A stretch of 64,000 bases of DNA from an uncultured Reyranella sp. (GTDB lineage Bacteria; Pseudomonadota; Alphaproteobacteria; Reyranellales; Reyranellaceae): assembly GCA_937919085.1 (NCBI GenBank), contig CALFRN010000045.1, forward strand, positions 435 to 64,434, written 5' to 3'. Within the stretch, counting starts at the first letter, position 1. Each line of letters opens with the position of its first letter. Below are positions 29,423 to 38,840 of this stretch, in pieces. The notes beneath the pieces were generated by a model. It had not been told where the DNA came from. It made no database searches and saw only the letters and a list, made by a program, of their open reading frames with translations. Both the position numbers and the translations under genes were made by a program.

Positions 29423-30220
29423 ATGTACGATTTTGCCTACCATCGTCCGAAGTCGGTTGCCGACGCGGTAAAGCTGCTGAAGGACAAACCCGAAGCTCGC
29501 GCCATTTCGGGCGGCATGACGCTGATCCCGACGCTGAAGCAACGCCTGGCGCGGCCGAGCGACGTGGTCGATCTTGGCGCGGTCAAGGAATTGTCCGGCA
29601 TCAAGCTCGAAGGTACCAATGTCGTCATCGGCGGCATGACCAAGCACGCAGAAGTGGCCACTTCGGCTGACGTCAAGGCGGCGATCCCGGCTCTGGCCCA
29701 TCTCGCCGGCCACATCGGCGATCCGCAGGTGCGCAACCGCGGCACGATCGGCGGTTCGGTCGCCAACAACGACCCGGCGGCGGATTATCCGGGCGCGGTC
29801 GTGGCGCTGAACGCGACCGTGACCACAAATACCCGCAAGATCGCGGCCGACGAGTTCTTCAAGGGTCTGTTCGAGACCGCCCTTGCCGACGGTGAACTGA
29901 TCACCTCGATCAGCTTTCCCAAGGCCGAGAAGGCGGCATACATGAAGTTCCCGAATCCGGCCTCGCGCTATGCAATGGTCGGTGTCTTCGTGGCCAAGAC
30001 GGCGGCTGGCGTGCGGGTCGCGGTGACCGGCGCCGGTCCGTGCGTGTTCCGGGTCAAGGCGATGGAAGATGCACTCGCCAAGAACTTCTCCTCGGCGGCG
30101 ATCAAGGACATCACTATCCCGGCCGACGGCCTTAACAGCGACATCCACGGCAGCGCCGAATACCGCGCCCATCTCGTGGGCGTCATGGCACGCCGGGCAG
30201 TCGACGCCGCCAACAAGTAG
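29423..30220 (+). CDS. coxM: Molybdenum hydroxylase FAD-binding medium subunit (CoxM-like)
   Basis: GGMTLIP and QVRNRGTIGGSVANNDPAAD motifs. Confidence 0.95.
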   Translation: MYDFAYHRPKSVADAVKLLKDKPEARAISGGMTLIPTLKQRLARPSDVVDLGAVKELSGIKLEGTNVVIGGMTKHAEVATSADVKAAIPALAHLAGHIGDPQVRNRGTIGGSVANNDPAADYPGAVVALNATVTTNTRKIAADEFFKGLFETALADGELITSISFPKAEKAAYMKFPNPASRYAMVGVFVAKTAAGVRVAVTGAGPCVFRVKAMEDALAKNFSSAAIKDITIPADGLNSDIHGSAEYRAHLVGVMARRAVDAANK

Positions 30221-30247
30221 CCGCAAGCCCAAGCACAGACTAACGTC

Positions 30248-30274
30248 AGGGCGTCCCTTGCGGGACGCCCTTTC
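30248..30274 (+). terminator. Rho-independent terminator-like hairpin after coxM
   Basis: AGGGCGTCCC-TTGC-GGGACGCCCT followed by a short T run. Confidence 0.7.
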
Positions 30275-30288
30275 GCATTGAGGCAGGT

Positions 30289-30930
30289 ATGAAAGCGCTG
30301 GTTACGGGCTTCGACGCATTCGGCGGCGAGACGGTCAATCCGTCGGCCCTCGCGGTCGGCCGGCTCAAGAAGCGCGTCCGTGGTATCGTGGTCCACACGA
30401 CCATCCTGCCGACCTCTTACGGCCGTTCAACCGCGGCGCTGCGAGCGGCGATCGACGAAGCCCGGCCCGACATCGTGCTTTGCGTTGGCCAAGCGGGCGG
30501 GCGGACCGAACTCTGCCTCGAGCGGGTCGCGATCAACATCCAGGACGCGCGCATCCGCGACAACGATGGCAAGCAACCCATCGACAGGCCGGTCGCGAAG
30601 GGCGGGCCTGCGGCGCATTTCGCGACCCTGCCGATCAAGGCCTGCGTCACGGCACTGCGCGAGGCTGGCCTGCCGGCCGCCGTGTCCAATACCGCCGGCA
30701 CCTTCGTCTGCAATCACATCTTCTATGCGCTGATGGAGATTGCCACGGGACATTCGGTCCCAATGCGCGGCGGCTTCCTGCATATTCCCTACCTGCCGGA
30801 GCAGGCCGCCCGGCAGGGTGGGGCGCCGTCGATGGCGCTGGACGACATCGTGTGCGGTATCGAGACGATCCTCAAGACTTGCGCAAGCCATGGCCGCGAT
30901 ATTCGCACTGTCGAAGGGCGAATTTCCTGA
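30289..30930 (+). CDS. pcp: Pyroglutamyl-peptidase I
   Basis: VTGFDAFGGETVNPS N-terminus; catalytic triad in ERVAIN (E), AGTFVCN (C) and GFLHIP (H). Confidence 0.95.
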   Translation: MKALVTGFDAFGGETVNPSALAVGRLKKRVRGIVVHTTILPTSYGRSTAALRAAIDEARPDIVLCVGQAGGRTELCLERVAINIQDARIRDNDGKQPIDRPVAKGGPAAHFATLPIKACVTALREAGLPAAVSNTAGTFVCNHIFYALMEIATGHSVPMRGGFLHIPYLPEQAARQGGAPSMALDDIVCGIETILKTCASHGRDIRTVEGRIS

Positions 30931-33900
30931 CTATTCCGCGGCGAGAACCAGATGAGGAGGGGCACGGTGTACCGGTGCCACCTCGACGGCCGCCGGCCTC
31001 TTTACCCGGAACCAGGCGGCATAGAGCGCCGGCAGGAACAAAAGCGTAAGCGCCGTGCCCACCAGCAGGCCACCCATCAGGGCCACGGCCATCGGTCCGA
31101 AGAAGACGCTGCGCGACAGCGGGATCATGGCGAAGATCGCGGTGCCGGCAGTGAGTAGGATCGGTCGGGCCCGGCGCACGGTGGCATCGTTAACGGCGTC
31201 CCACGGCGTGTGGCCGGCTTCGATATCCTGGTCGATCTGGTCGACCAGGATGACCGAGTTGCGCATGATCATGCCGGCCAGGGCGATGGTGCCCAGCAGG
31301 GAGACGAAGCCGAACGGCTGGTTGAAAGCGAGCAGGAACAGCGACACTCCGATCATGCCGAGCGGGGCCGTCAGCATGACCAGTGCGAGTTTGGAGAAGC
31401 TCTGGAGCTGCAGCATTAGGAACAGCATCATCAGAAAGGCCATCAGCGGCATCATCTTGAAGATCGAGCCCTGGCTCTTGGCGCTCTCTTCCTTGTCGCC
31501 ACCAACTTCGATGCGATAGCCGGGCGGCAGTGCAGCCCGTACCGGTGCCAGTGCCTGGTCGATGCGCGCGGCGACATCGGGGCCCTGGACGCCGTCCGCG
31601 ATGCCGGCGCGCACGGTCATCAGGAGTTCCTTGTTACGCCGCCACAGGATCGGCTCCTCGAGTTCGAAGCGCAGCGTGGCGATCTGGGCGAGGGAGACCA
31701 CACCGCCGTTGGCGGTCCTGAGGTTGATTGCTTCCAGACCTTCCAGGCTGAGGCGTTCCGGCGCGACCGCGCGCGCAATCACGTCGATCGTCTCGGCGCG
31801 GTCGCGGTACTGCGTGATCACCACGCCTGACAGCAGAGTCTGCAGGGTATTGCCGAGCAGCTGGGAGTCGACGCCGAGCGCGCGAGCCTTGCTCTGGTCG
31901 ACTTCCAGCCGCACCGTCTTGGCGAGTTCGTTCCAGTCGAAGTTGATGTCGCGGGTATCGGGATCGGCCTTGAAGACCTGGCGCACCTGGTTGGCAACGC
32001 TGCGAACCTGCTGTGGATCGTCGCCCAGGACACGAAACATCACCGGATAGGCGACCGGAGGGCCGTTCTGCAGCCGTTGGACGCGGCCACGGACGGCCTC
32101 GAAATCCCGGGCGAAAAGCCTGTCGAGGTCCGCCAGCACACGCTCACGGGCCTCGATGTCCTTGGTCATGACGATGATCTGCCCGAAATTCGCGTTGGCG
32201 AGTTCGGGCACGGTGGGCAGATAGAAGCGCGGACTGCCGGCGCCGACATAGGCCGTGTAGTGGGCGACATCGACGTTGTTGCCGAGCCAGCGCTCCAGCT
32301 TGGCGACCTCGGCGTCGGTTGCGGCGAACGAGGCGCCCTGGGCCAACCGCATGTCGACAATCAGCTCAGGTCGGTTGGAGGTCGGGAAGAACTGCTTCTG
32401 CACCAGGCCGAAGAGCCCCATGGTCCCGACGAAGGCGAGCACCGTGATGGTGATGGTGGTCTTGCGCCACGTCACGCACCACACGACCATCCGGCGAAAC
32501 AGCAGGTAAAGGTGGCCCTGGTAGGGATCGGCGTGATGAACCTTGGGCTCCGGCAGGAGCCGGTAGCCGAGCCAGGGCGTGAACAGGACGGCGACGAACC
32601 ACGATACGATCAGGGCGATCCCGACGACCCAGAAGATCGAGTTGGTGTATTCGCCGGCGCTCGACTTCGCGAAGCCGACCGGCACGAAACCGGCCGCCGT
32701 CACCAGGGTCCCGGTCAGCATCGGAAAGGCCGTAGAGGTATAGGCGAAGGTGGCGGCCTCCATGCGGCTGAAGCCCTGCTCCAGCTTCACCATCATCATC
32801 TCGACGGCGATGATGGCATCGTCGACCAGCAATCCGAGCGCGATGATCAGCGCCCCGAGCGAGATCCGCTGGAAGTCGATCCCGAGCATCAGCATGCCGA
32901 CAAAGGTGATGGCCAGCACCAGCGGCACCGAAAGTGCCACGATGACGCCGGTGCGGAAGCCGAGGCTGATGAACGAGACCACCAGGACGATCGCCAGCGC
33001 CTCGACCAGCGAGGAAACGAACTCCTCGAACGACTTATCGACCGTCTGGGGCTGGTTGGCGACACGATGCACCGTGATGCCGACCGGCAGGTCGCGCTCG
33101 ACCTCGGCCATGGTGGCATCCAGTGCCTTGCCGAGCGACAGCACGTTGCCTCCGGGAGCCATTACGACGCCAAGGCCGATGACGGGCTGCCCCCTGAAGC
33201 GCATCGAGAGTTGGGCCGGATCCTGGTAGCCGCGGCGTATCTCGGCGATGTCCGAAAGCGTGAGGGTACGCCCGTTGGCGCTGAAGGGCAGGGCGGCCAG
33301 TTCCTCGGCCGACGTCGGCGCACCATCGACACGCACGGCCACGCGCTCGCCCTTGGTCTCGACCGTCCCCGCTGCCACGATGGCATTCTGCCTGCGGATC
33401 ACGTCGAGGATCTGGTCGACAGGTACGCCCAGCAGTGCCAGCCGGGTGTGGCTGAACTCGACATAGATCTTCTCGTCCTGAAGGCCGAACAGATCGGCCT
33501 TGGTGACATCGGGCACGCGCAGCACCCGCTGGCGGACCGCCTTGACGATGTCCTTGACCTCGGCCGGCGTGAAACCGTCGGCCTCGAAGGCCCAGATCAG
33601 GCTGTAGGTATCGCCGTATTCATCGTTGAAGAACGGCCCGACAACGCCCTGCGGCAGGCTTCCGCGGATGTCGCCGACCTTCTTGCGCACCTGGTACCAC
33701 AGGTCGGCCACCTTGGACGGCGGAACGTCATCGCGCAGAGAGACATAGATCACCGTCTCGCCGGGCTTGGTGTAGCTCGTGACGTGAAAGAAATAGGGCA
33801 GCTCCTGGAGCTTGGTTTCGATTTTCTCGGTGACCTGCTGCTCGACTTCGCGCGAAGTCGCCCCGGGCCAGGCGGCCGATACCACCATCTGCTTGATGGT

Positions 33901-34032
33901 AAAGGGCGGGTCCTCGGCACGACCGAGACTGAAGAAGGCGAAAATGCCGGCGACGGTGAACGCCAGCATGAAAAACACCGTGAGCGTGCTGTGCTTCAGC
34001 GCCAGCGCGGAAAGGTTGGTGCGGCTGCTCAT
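30931..34032 (-). CDS. RND efflux permease (AcrB/AcrD/AcrF family)
   Basis: 1033 aa from the ATG at 34032; LVDDAII (TM4), RNSVILVD and RARPILLT motifs; ATGA overlap with the upstream MFP gene. Confidence 0.95.
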   Translation of the reverse strand: MSSRTNLSALALKHSTLTVFFMLAFTVAGIFAFFSLGRAEDPPFTIKQMVVSAAWPGATSREVEQQVTEKIETKLQELPYFFHVTSYTKPGETVIYVSLRDDVPPSKVADLWYQVRKKVGDIRGSLPQGVVGPFFNDEYGDTYSLIWAFEADGFTPAEVKDIVKAVRQRVLRVPDVTKADLFGLQDEKIYVEFSHTRLALLGVPVDQILDVIRRQNAIVAAGTVETKGERVAVRVDGAPTSAEELAALPFSANGRTLTLSDIAEIRRGYQDPAQLSMRFRGQPVIGLGVVMAPGGNVLSLGKALDATMAEVERDLPVGITVHRVANQPQTVDKSFEEFVSSLVEALAIVLVVSFISLGFRTGVIVALSVPLVLAITFVGMLMLGIDFQRISLGALIIALGLLVDDAIIAVEMMMVKLEQGFSRMEAATFAYTSTAFPMLTGTLVTAAGFVPVGFAKSSAGEYTNSIFWVVGIALIVSWFVAVLFTPWLGYRLLPEPKVHHADPYQGHLYLLFRRMVVWCVTWRKTTITITVLAFVGTMGLFGLVQKQFFPTSNRPELIVDMRLAQGASFAATDAEVAKLERWLGNNVDVAHYTAYVGAGSPRFYLPTVPELANANFGQIIVMTKDIEARERVLADLDRLFARDFEAVRGRVQRLQNGPPVAYPVMFRVLGDDPQQVRSVANQVRQVFKADPDTRDINFDWNELAKTVRLEVDQSKARALGVDSQLLGNTLQTLLSGVVITQYRDRAETIDVIARAVAPERLSLEGLEAINLRTANGGVVSLAQIATLRFELEEPILWRRNKELLMTVRAGIADGVQGPDVAARIDQALAPVRAALPPGYRIEVGGDKEESAKSQGSIFKMMPLMAFLMMLFLMLQLQSFSKLALVMLTAPLGMIGVSLFLLAFNQPFGFVSLLGTIALAGMIMRNSVILVDQIDQDIEAGHTPWDAVNDATVRRARPILLTAGTAIFAMIPLSRSVFFGPMAVALMGGLLVGTALTLLFLPALYAAWFRVKRPAAVEVAPVHRAPPHLVLAAE

Positions 34033-35174
34033 GGGCGTGCCGCCTGCAGCAGCGGCTTCACCTTCTGTCCGGGCTCGAGCTTGTGCACGCCGGCGGTGGC
34101 GATCAACTCGCCGTCCTTCACACCCGACGTGATCGCTGCCATGTTGCTGCGCCAACGTGCGATCTCGACGGGCCGCAGTTCGACGGCGCCGGTCGCCCTG
34201 TCGACCACCCACACCGCAGGCTGCTTGCCCTGCTGGAATATCGCGGCCAGCGGTACTTCGGCCACAGGCACGGCGTCGGGGCGCTCGAAGCTCAGTGTCG
34301 CGGTCATGCCGAGGCCGATGAATTCCGGCGGATCGACGACGCTGAAGCGGGCGGGATAGGTGCGGGTGGTCGGATCGGCGCTGGGAGAAAGCTCGCGCAG
34401 CTTCGCGGCATGGCGGCGGCCGGGATCCGACCACAGCTCGAATCCTGCCGCTTCCGAATCGCGGACGACCTTCAGGCGATGTTCGGGCACGCCGACCAGG
34501 ATCTCGAGTTCGTCGGTGCGCGCAACCCGGACAACGGCCTGGCCTTGTACCGTGACCTGGCCCACTTCGGCCTGGACCGCCGTTACGATGCCGGCAGCAT
34601 CGGCGCGAAGCTCGGTGTAGGCGAGGTTGTTCTCGGCCGAGGACAGTTGGCTGCGCGCCTGTTCGACGCGGGCCAGCGCGGTGGCGGCCAAGGATTGACG
34701 CTGGTCCAGCGTCTGCGGCGTGAAGGCGGCGCTGCCGCGCAGCCCGAGATAGCGGTCGTGATCGGCCTTGGCGCGGGCATGGTCGGCGTCGGCGGACGCC
34801 AATGCCGCGCGCGCGCCATCGACGGCGAGTCGGTAGTCCGCCGGATCGAGCTGCGCGATCAGGTCGCCGGGTTTCAGCACGGTGCCAACATCGACTGCGC
34901 GCTGGACGATTTTCCCGGTCACGCGAAAGCCGCGGATGGTTTCGACGCGGGGAACGACGGTGCCGGCGAGGATGAGCGACCGGGCATGGCGGTGGTAGGC
35001 GATTTCGGCGACACGGGCCGGGCGGAGGGTGGCTTCCGCAGGGATGACGCGCGAGGCGCTTGCCGTCAGCGACAGGGCGGCGATGCCTGCAGCGGCCACG
35101 GCCGTCACGCCGGCGGCGATGGCGACCGTCCTGACCGAGTGCTTTTGCGACAACCAATTGACCGGGAGACGCAT
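34029..35174 (-). CDS. RND membrane fusion protein (periplasmic adaptor)
   Basis: N-terminal TM, GFRVTGKI..R.V..G lipoyl half, coiled coil, and LSPSADP.TRTY. Confidence 0.93.
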   Translation of the reverse strand: MRLPVNWLSQKHSVRTVAIAAGVTAVAAAGIAALSLTASASRVIPAEATLRPARVAEIAYHRHARSLILAGTVVPRVETIRGFRVTGKIVQRAVDVGTVLKPGDLIAQLDPADYRLAVDGARAALASADADHARAKADHDRYLGLRGSAAFTPQTLDQRQSLAATALARVEQARSQLSSAENNLAYTELRADAAGIVTAVQAEVGQVTVQGQAVVRVARTDELEILVGVPEHRLKVVRDSEAAGFELWSDPGRRHAAKLRELSPSADPTTRTYPARFSVVDPPEFIGLGMTATLSFERPDAVPVAEVPLAAIFQQGKQPAVWVVDRATGAVELRPVEIARWRSNMAAITSGVKDGELIATAGVHKLEPGQKVKPLLQAARP

Positions 35175-35226
35175 GGCGGGCCTTCCTCCCGGCGGTTACA
35201 ATGCGCCAGGCAAGACTAAACGGCGT

Positions 35227-35270
35227 TAACTTAACGTTGATAAGTTATCTCTGGTAATATAAGAGTCAAG
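35227..35270 (-). promoter_or_regulatory. RND operon promoter with overlapping palindromic TetR operator
   Basis: Minus-strand CTTGAC (35270-35265)-N17-TAACTT; inverted repeat TAACTTA-N7-TAAGTTA (35227-35247) covers the -10 element. Confidence 0.6.
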
Positions 35271-35273
35271 AGG

Positions 35274-35948
35274 ATGGAACCCGAATTGGCAGCGTCGTCC
35301 ACAGCTCCTGCAACAAGCCGCAAGAAACGCGGCGAGGGCTACACGCGCCGCGACGAAATCCTGCTGGCCGCCAAGACCCTGTTCCTGGAGGAAGGGTACG
35401 ACGCCGCCACCATCCGCAAGATTGCCGATCGGGTGGGCGTGTCCGCGCCGGCGCTCTACCTCTACTTCCAGGACAAGGAAGCGATCATGCTGGCGCTCTG
35501 CGACCAGACGTTCGGCCGCCTGATCGAGCGCATTTCCAGGATCGAGAAGACGGTCAGCGACCCGCTGGAGCGGATATGCCGGTTCGGCGATGCTTATGCG
35601 CGCTTTGGCCTCGAACACCCTGACGAGTACCGGCTGGTCTTTATTGGCCACAACATTCCCGAAGCGGTGCGCAAGGTCGGCCATCGGATGCCGATCGACG
35701 ATCCCACCCGCCCCGGCGTCGGTGGTGCGCTCGTCTTCAGCCGTCTGGTGACGATGTTGTCCCAGCTCGAAGCATCGGGCGTAAAATTGAACTACCCGCC
35801 CGATACCTGTGCCGAGCTGTGCTGGATGGGAATCCACGGCGTCGTGGCGGCGCTGATCATGAAGCCCGACTTTCCGTGGTCGAACCGCGAGACCCTCATC
35901 CAGGGCATGCAGGACATCGTCATCAACGGAATCCTGTCGCGCGCCTAG
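35274..35948 (+). CDS. TetR/AcrR family regulator
   Basis: HTH GYDAATIRKIADRVGVSAPALYLYF; divergent from the RND operon. Confidence 0.95.
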   Translation: MEPELAASSTAPATSRKKRGEGYTRRDEILLAAKTLFLEEGYDAATIRKIADRVGVSAPALYLYFQDKEAIMLALCDQTFGRLIERISRIEKTVSDPLERICRFGDAYARFGLEHPDEYRLVFIGHNIPEAVRKVGHRMPIDDPTRPGVGGALVFSRLVTMLSQLEASGVKLNYPPDTCAELCWMGIHGVVAALIMKPDFPWSNRETLIQGMQDIVINGILSRA

Positions 35949-36763
35949 CGCCGCGGCCAGACCCGCGGGAAGAGTTCGCAGGTCATCGGCGCACCGGCCA
36001 CAAGCTCGGGCCTATGGGGGAACTGGAAGGTGCCCGGCCGCGGGTCGTAGCGCACGTCGTCGCCGGTATAGCGCAGCGATAGGCCGCGCCGGCGCGCACC
36101 GGGCGTCAGGTTGCCGGGAGCGCCGTGGACGATCATGGCGTGAAACACCAGGCAGTCGCCGGGTTCCATTGTCCACGATTTGATTTCGTACCTGTCGCGA
36201 TCGGCATCGATGTCCGGAAGCTGCACGAGGTCGCTCGCGGTGAACTTGGCCTCGTGCCCCTTGCGAAAGGGCGTCGGACGATAGTTGATACCCCAGCGGT
36301 GCGAGCCTGCGATGAACTCGACGGCGCCATTGATGCGGTCGATGGCGTCGAGGGCAATCCAGACCGAGGTGATCTGCCAGCCCGTCACCGGCCAGTAGGG
36401 CTGGTCCTGATGCCAGGGCGTCGGATGGGCGGTGCCCGGTTCCTTCACGAACAGCTGGTCGTAGAAGAAATCGACGGCCGACGAACCCATGAGGCGGGCC
36501 GCAATGGCGGCCGCCGGAGAGTCGAGCGCGGCGGCACGGAATTCGGGATCGTGCCGCCACATGTACATGTCGCCGAAGAATCTTCCCGCGCTGCTGCCCT
36601 CGGCGAAGTTAGTGGCGTTGGGGCCGGGCGAGGCGAGGTCGCGCTCGACCGCGGCGCGCAGGCGCCTGATCCAGCCGTCATCGAACTGTCGGCGCAGGCA
36701 GACGACGCCGTCGCGCTCGTAGTCGGCGATGAGGGCGGCGGCGACGTCGCTCTCGGCGATCAA
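35945..36763 (-). CDS. Phytanoyl-CoA dioxygenase (PhyH) family Fe(II)/2OG oxygenase
   Basis: TPWHQD.PYW (HxD) and distal H in IVHGA; TTG start overlaps the upstream TGA. Confidence 0.9.
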   Translation of the reverse strand: MIAESDVAAALIADYERDGVVCLRRQFDDGWIRRLRAAVERDLASPGPNATNFAEGSSAGRFFGDMYMWRHDPEFRAAALDSPAAAIAARLMGSSAVDFFYDQLFVKEPGTAHPTPWHQDQPYWPVTGWQITSVWIALDAIDRINGAVEFIAGSHRWGINYRPTPFRKGHEAKFTASDLVQLPDIDADRDRYEIKSWTMEPGDCLVFHAMIVHGAPGNLTPGARRRGLSLRYTGDDVRYDPRPGTFQFPHRPELVAGAPMTCELFPRVWPRR

Positions 36764-37062
36764 GCGTTCTGTAGGACGTGGACGGCGCGATTGGCGAGGA
36801 GATCCTTGTTCTTCTCGCCGTAGGCCTTCATGTGCGCGGAGGCGCCGTGCGCCTTGAGATCGTCCATGGTCTGCCACTTCTCGATTACCACGAAGGTGTC
36901 GGGGCCGAACTTGGCGAATGGCCCGCCATCGGTGTCGACCGTGGCGCCATACTCGATGCAGCCCTTCTCGGCATGTACGGCAGGTACGTTGGCCTTGAAG
37001 TTTTTCAGGACTTCGTCGCGCTTGCCGGGTTTGGCGGTGATGATGGCGATGACATGGATCAT
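36760..37062 (-). CDS. Putative quinol monooxygenase (ABM domain)
   Basis: V.AE.GC.EY, FVVIEKW and L.AH..SAHM motifs. Confidence 0.9.
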   Translation of the reverse strand: MIHVIAIITAKPGKRDEVLKNFKANVPAVHAEKGCIEYGATVDTDGGPFAKFGPDTFVVIEKWQTMDDLKAHGASAHMKAYGEKNKDLLANRAVHVLQNA

Positions 37063-37082
37063 TGTTCTCTCCCTCGTAAGTT

Positions 37083-38768
37083 TCAGGTGGCGTGGCCATG
37101 CCGGAGCAGGCGGCCCGGCAGTCTGTCGTTGTCCCCGAGCGCGTCCTTGTTGTTCTGGCGGATGAGCCTGCCGTTGACGATGACGGAGTCGATGCCGTTG
37201 GCCTCCGCAACGAGCCGGTCGGCACCGGCCGGCAGGTCGTAGACGCGCTTGAGCGGGCCCGGGCCCACCGTAGCAGCGTCGAACACCACGACGTCGGCGG
37301 GACGACCTTCGGCCAGCACGCCGCGATCGGTAATGCCGAACATCTCGGCCGGGCGTTGCGTGAGGTGGTGCACGGCTTCCTCGATGGTGAGCGTCTTCTT
37401 CTCGCGGACCCAGTGGCCTAGCAGGTAGGTCGAATAGCAGGCATCACACAACTGGTTGGCATGGGCGCCGGCATCGGAGAGAGCGATGATGGTGTGTGGG
37501 TCGGTGATGAGTTCCGCCACTTCCTTCTCGTCGAAGTTCATGACGGCCATCCGGAAACGCGCCTTCAGGTCGTTGGCGAGGGCAAGGTCGAGGGCGAGGT
37601 CGACGGGATCCTTGCCCATCTTGTGCGCCGCCTCGCTGAGGGGCATCTCCTCGAGTTCGCGGGCCGATGGGGCCCAGGCAATGACCACACGATCCCACCA
37701 GTTCTGGAAGAGGGGCGTTACCTCGCTGCGCAGCTTCTCGCGCCACGCCGGATCGCCATAGGCGCGGCGGCGCGTGCCGGGCTCCTTTGCGTCGGCTATG
37801 GCTAGTTCGTTCATGAACTTCATAACGTCGAAGATGAACGGCTCGGCAAAGGTGAATTCGAAGTTGAGCGGCCGGCAACTCACCTGCGGGATGACCATGG
37901 CGCCCGACCGACGCTGCTCGGCGGCGAGGTCGAGTTGCTTGCGATGGCCGCCCGGCCCGTAGAGGTAGGAAAGGAGGGCAGTCCAGGTGACGGGAACGTT
38001 GTACTTGCGGCTGACTTCGGCCATGTGCCGGGTCGAGAATTCGCGGCCGATGGTGATCTGCATCAGGCCGCGCTTCATTTCGCCCATCACCGAAACGAGC
38101 CCGTCCATTTCCTCGGGCGTCGCCTGGCGGCTGGGCACTGGTTTGCCGGCATAGCCGTTGTGGCTCACCGACACGGAAGTGCCGAATCCGATGGCGCCGG
38201 CTTCCATGGCTTCGCGCATCAGCTTCTTCATGGCGCCGAGTTCGTCCGGCGTCGCGGCGCGCTCGGTGGAGGCCTCGCCCATGACGTACATTCGCAGAGG
38301 CGTGTGGCCGAACAGGGCCGCGATGTTGATCGCCGATCCGCGCTTTTCGACGGTATCGAGATACTGCGGGAAGGTCTCGAACGGCCAGACATCGCCCAGG
38401 CCGGCCTGAAGCGCATCGAGGCTCATGCCTTCGACCTTTTCGAGCGTCTGCAGGATCAGCTTGCGGTGGATCGCCTTGGTGGGCGCGACGCCGAAACCGC
38501 AATTGCCGATCACCGTCGTGGTGACGCCATGCCAGGGCGAGATGCTGAGCATGCGGTCCCACAGGATCTGGGCATCGTAGTGGGTGTGCACGTCGACGAA
38601 GCCCGGCGACACGACCTTGCCCGTGGCGTCGATAGTCGTGGTCGCGGGACCGTCGGCCTTGCCGAGCGCCACCAACTTGCCGTCCTTGATGCCTACGTCG
38701 CCCGCGAAGCCTGCCTTGCCGGTGCCGTCGACGATGGTGCCGCCCGTGATCTTGAGGTCATAGGACAT
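37083..38768 (-). CDS. N-acyl-D-amino-acid deacylase family amidohydrolase
   Basis: IVDGTG, PGFVDVHTHYD, GNCG, SDAGAH and ADVVVFD motifs. Confidence 0.93.
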   Translation of the reverse strand: MSYDLKITGGTIVDGTGKAGFAGDVGIKDGKLVALGKADGPATTTIDATGKVVSPGFVDVHTHYDAQILWDRMLSISPWHGVTTTVIGNCGFGVAPTKAIHRKLILQTLEKVEGMSLDALQAGLGDVWPFETFPQYLDTVEKRGSAINIAALFGHTPLRMYVMGEASTERAATPDELGAMKKLMREAMEAGAIGFGTSVSVSHNGYAGKPVPSRQATPEEMDGLVSVMGEMKRGLMQITIGREFSTRHMAEVSRKYNVPVTWTALLSYLYGPGGHRKQLDLAAEQRRSGAMVIPQVSCRPLNFEFTFAEPFIFDVMKFMNELAIADAKEPGTRRRAYGDPAWREKLRSEVTPLFQNWWDRVVIAWAPSARELEEMPLSEAAHKMGKDPVDLALDLALANDLKARFRMAVMNFDEKEVAELITDPHTIIALSDAGAHANQLCDACYSTYLLGHWVREKKTLTIEEAVHHLTQRPAEMFGITDRGVLAEGRPADVVVFDAATVGPGPLKRVYDLPAGADRLVAEANGIDSVIVNGRLIRQNNKDALGDNDRLPGRLLRHGHAT

Positions 38769-38840
38769 GGCGTTTCCTTGCTGGGCTTGCTCCTGAATGC
38801 CCGTTCAGTATACGTCGTCAGGACCAAGGAGAGGAAACAC

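Noticed and set aside
25803-30220. Calling aerobic CO oxidation (carboxydotrophy)
   Set aside because: The active-site loop is AYRGAGR (form II), not AYxCSFR.
34033-35157. 1408-aa ORF suggesting a giant RND fusion
   Set aside because: The N-terminal ~375 aa is an Arg/Pro-rich off-frame read of the MFP gene; the real RND start is the ATG at 34032.
37935-38840. 657-aa extended tartrate dehydrogenase
   Set aside because: The extension is antisense to the D-aminoacylase gene; a strong SD supports the start at 38841.
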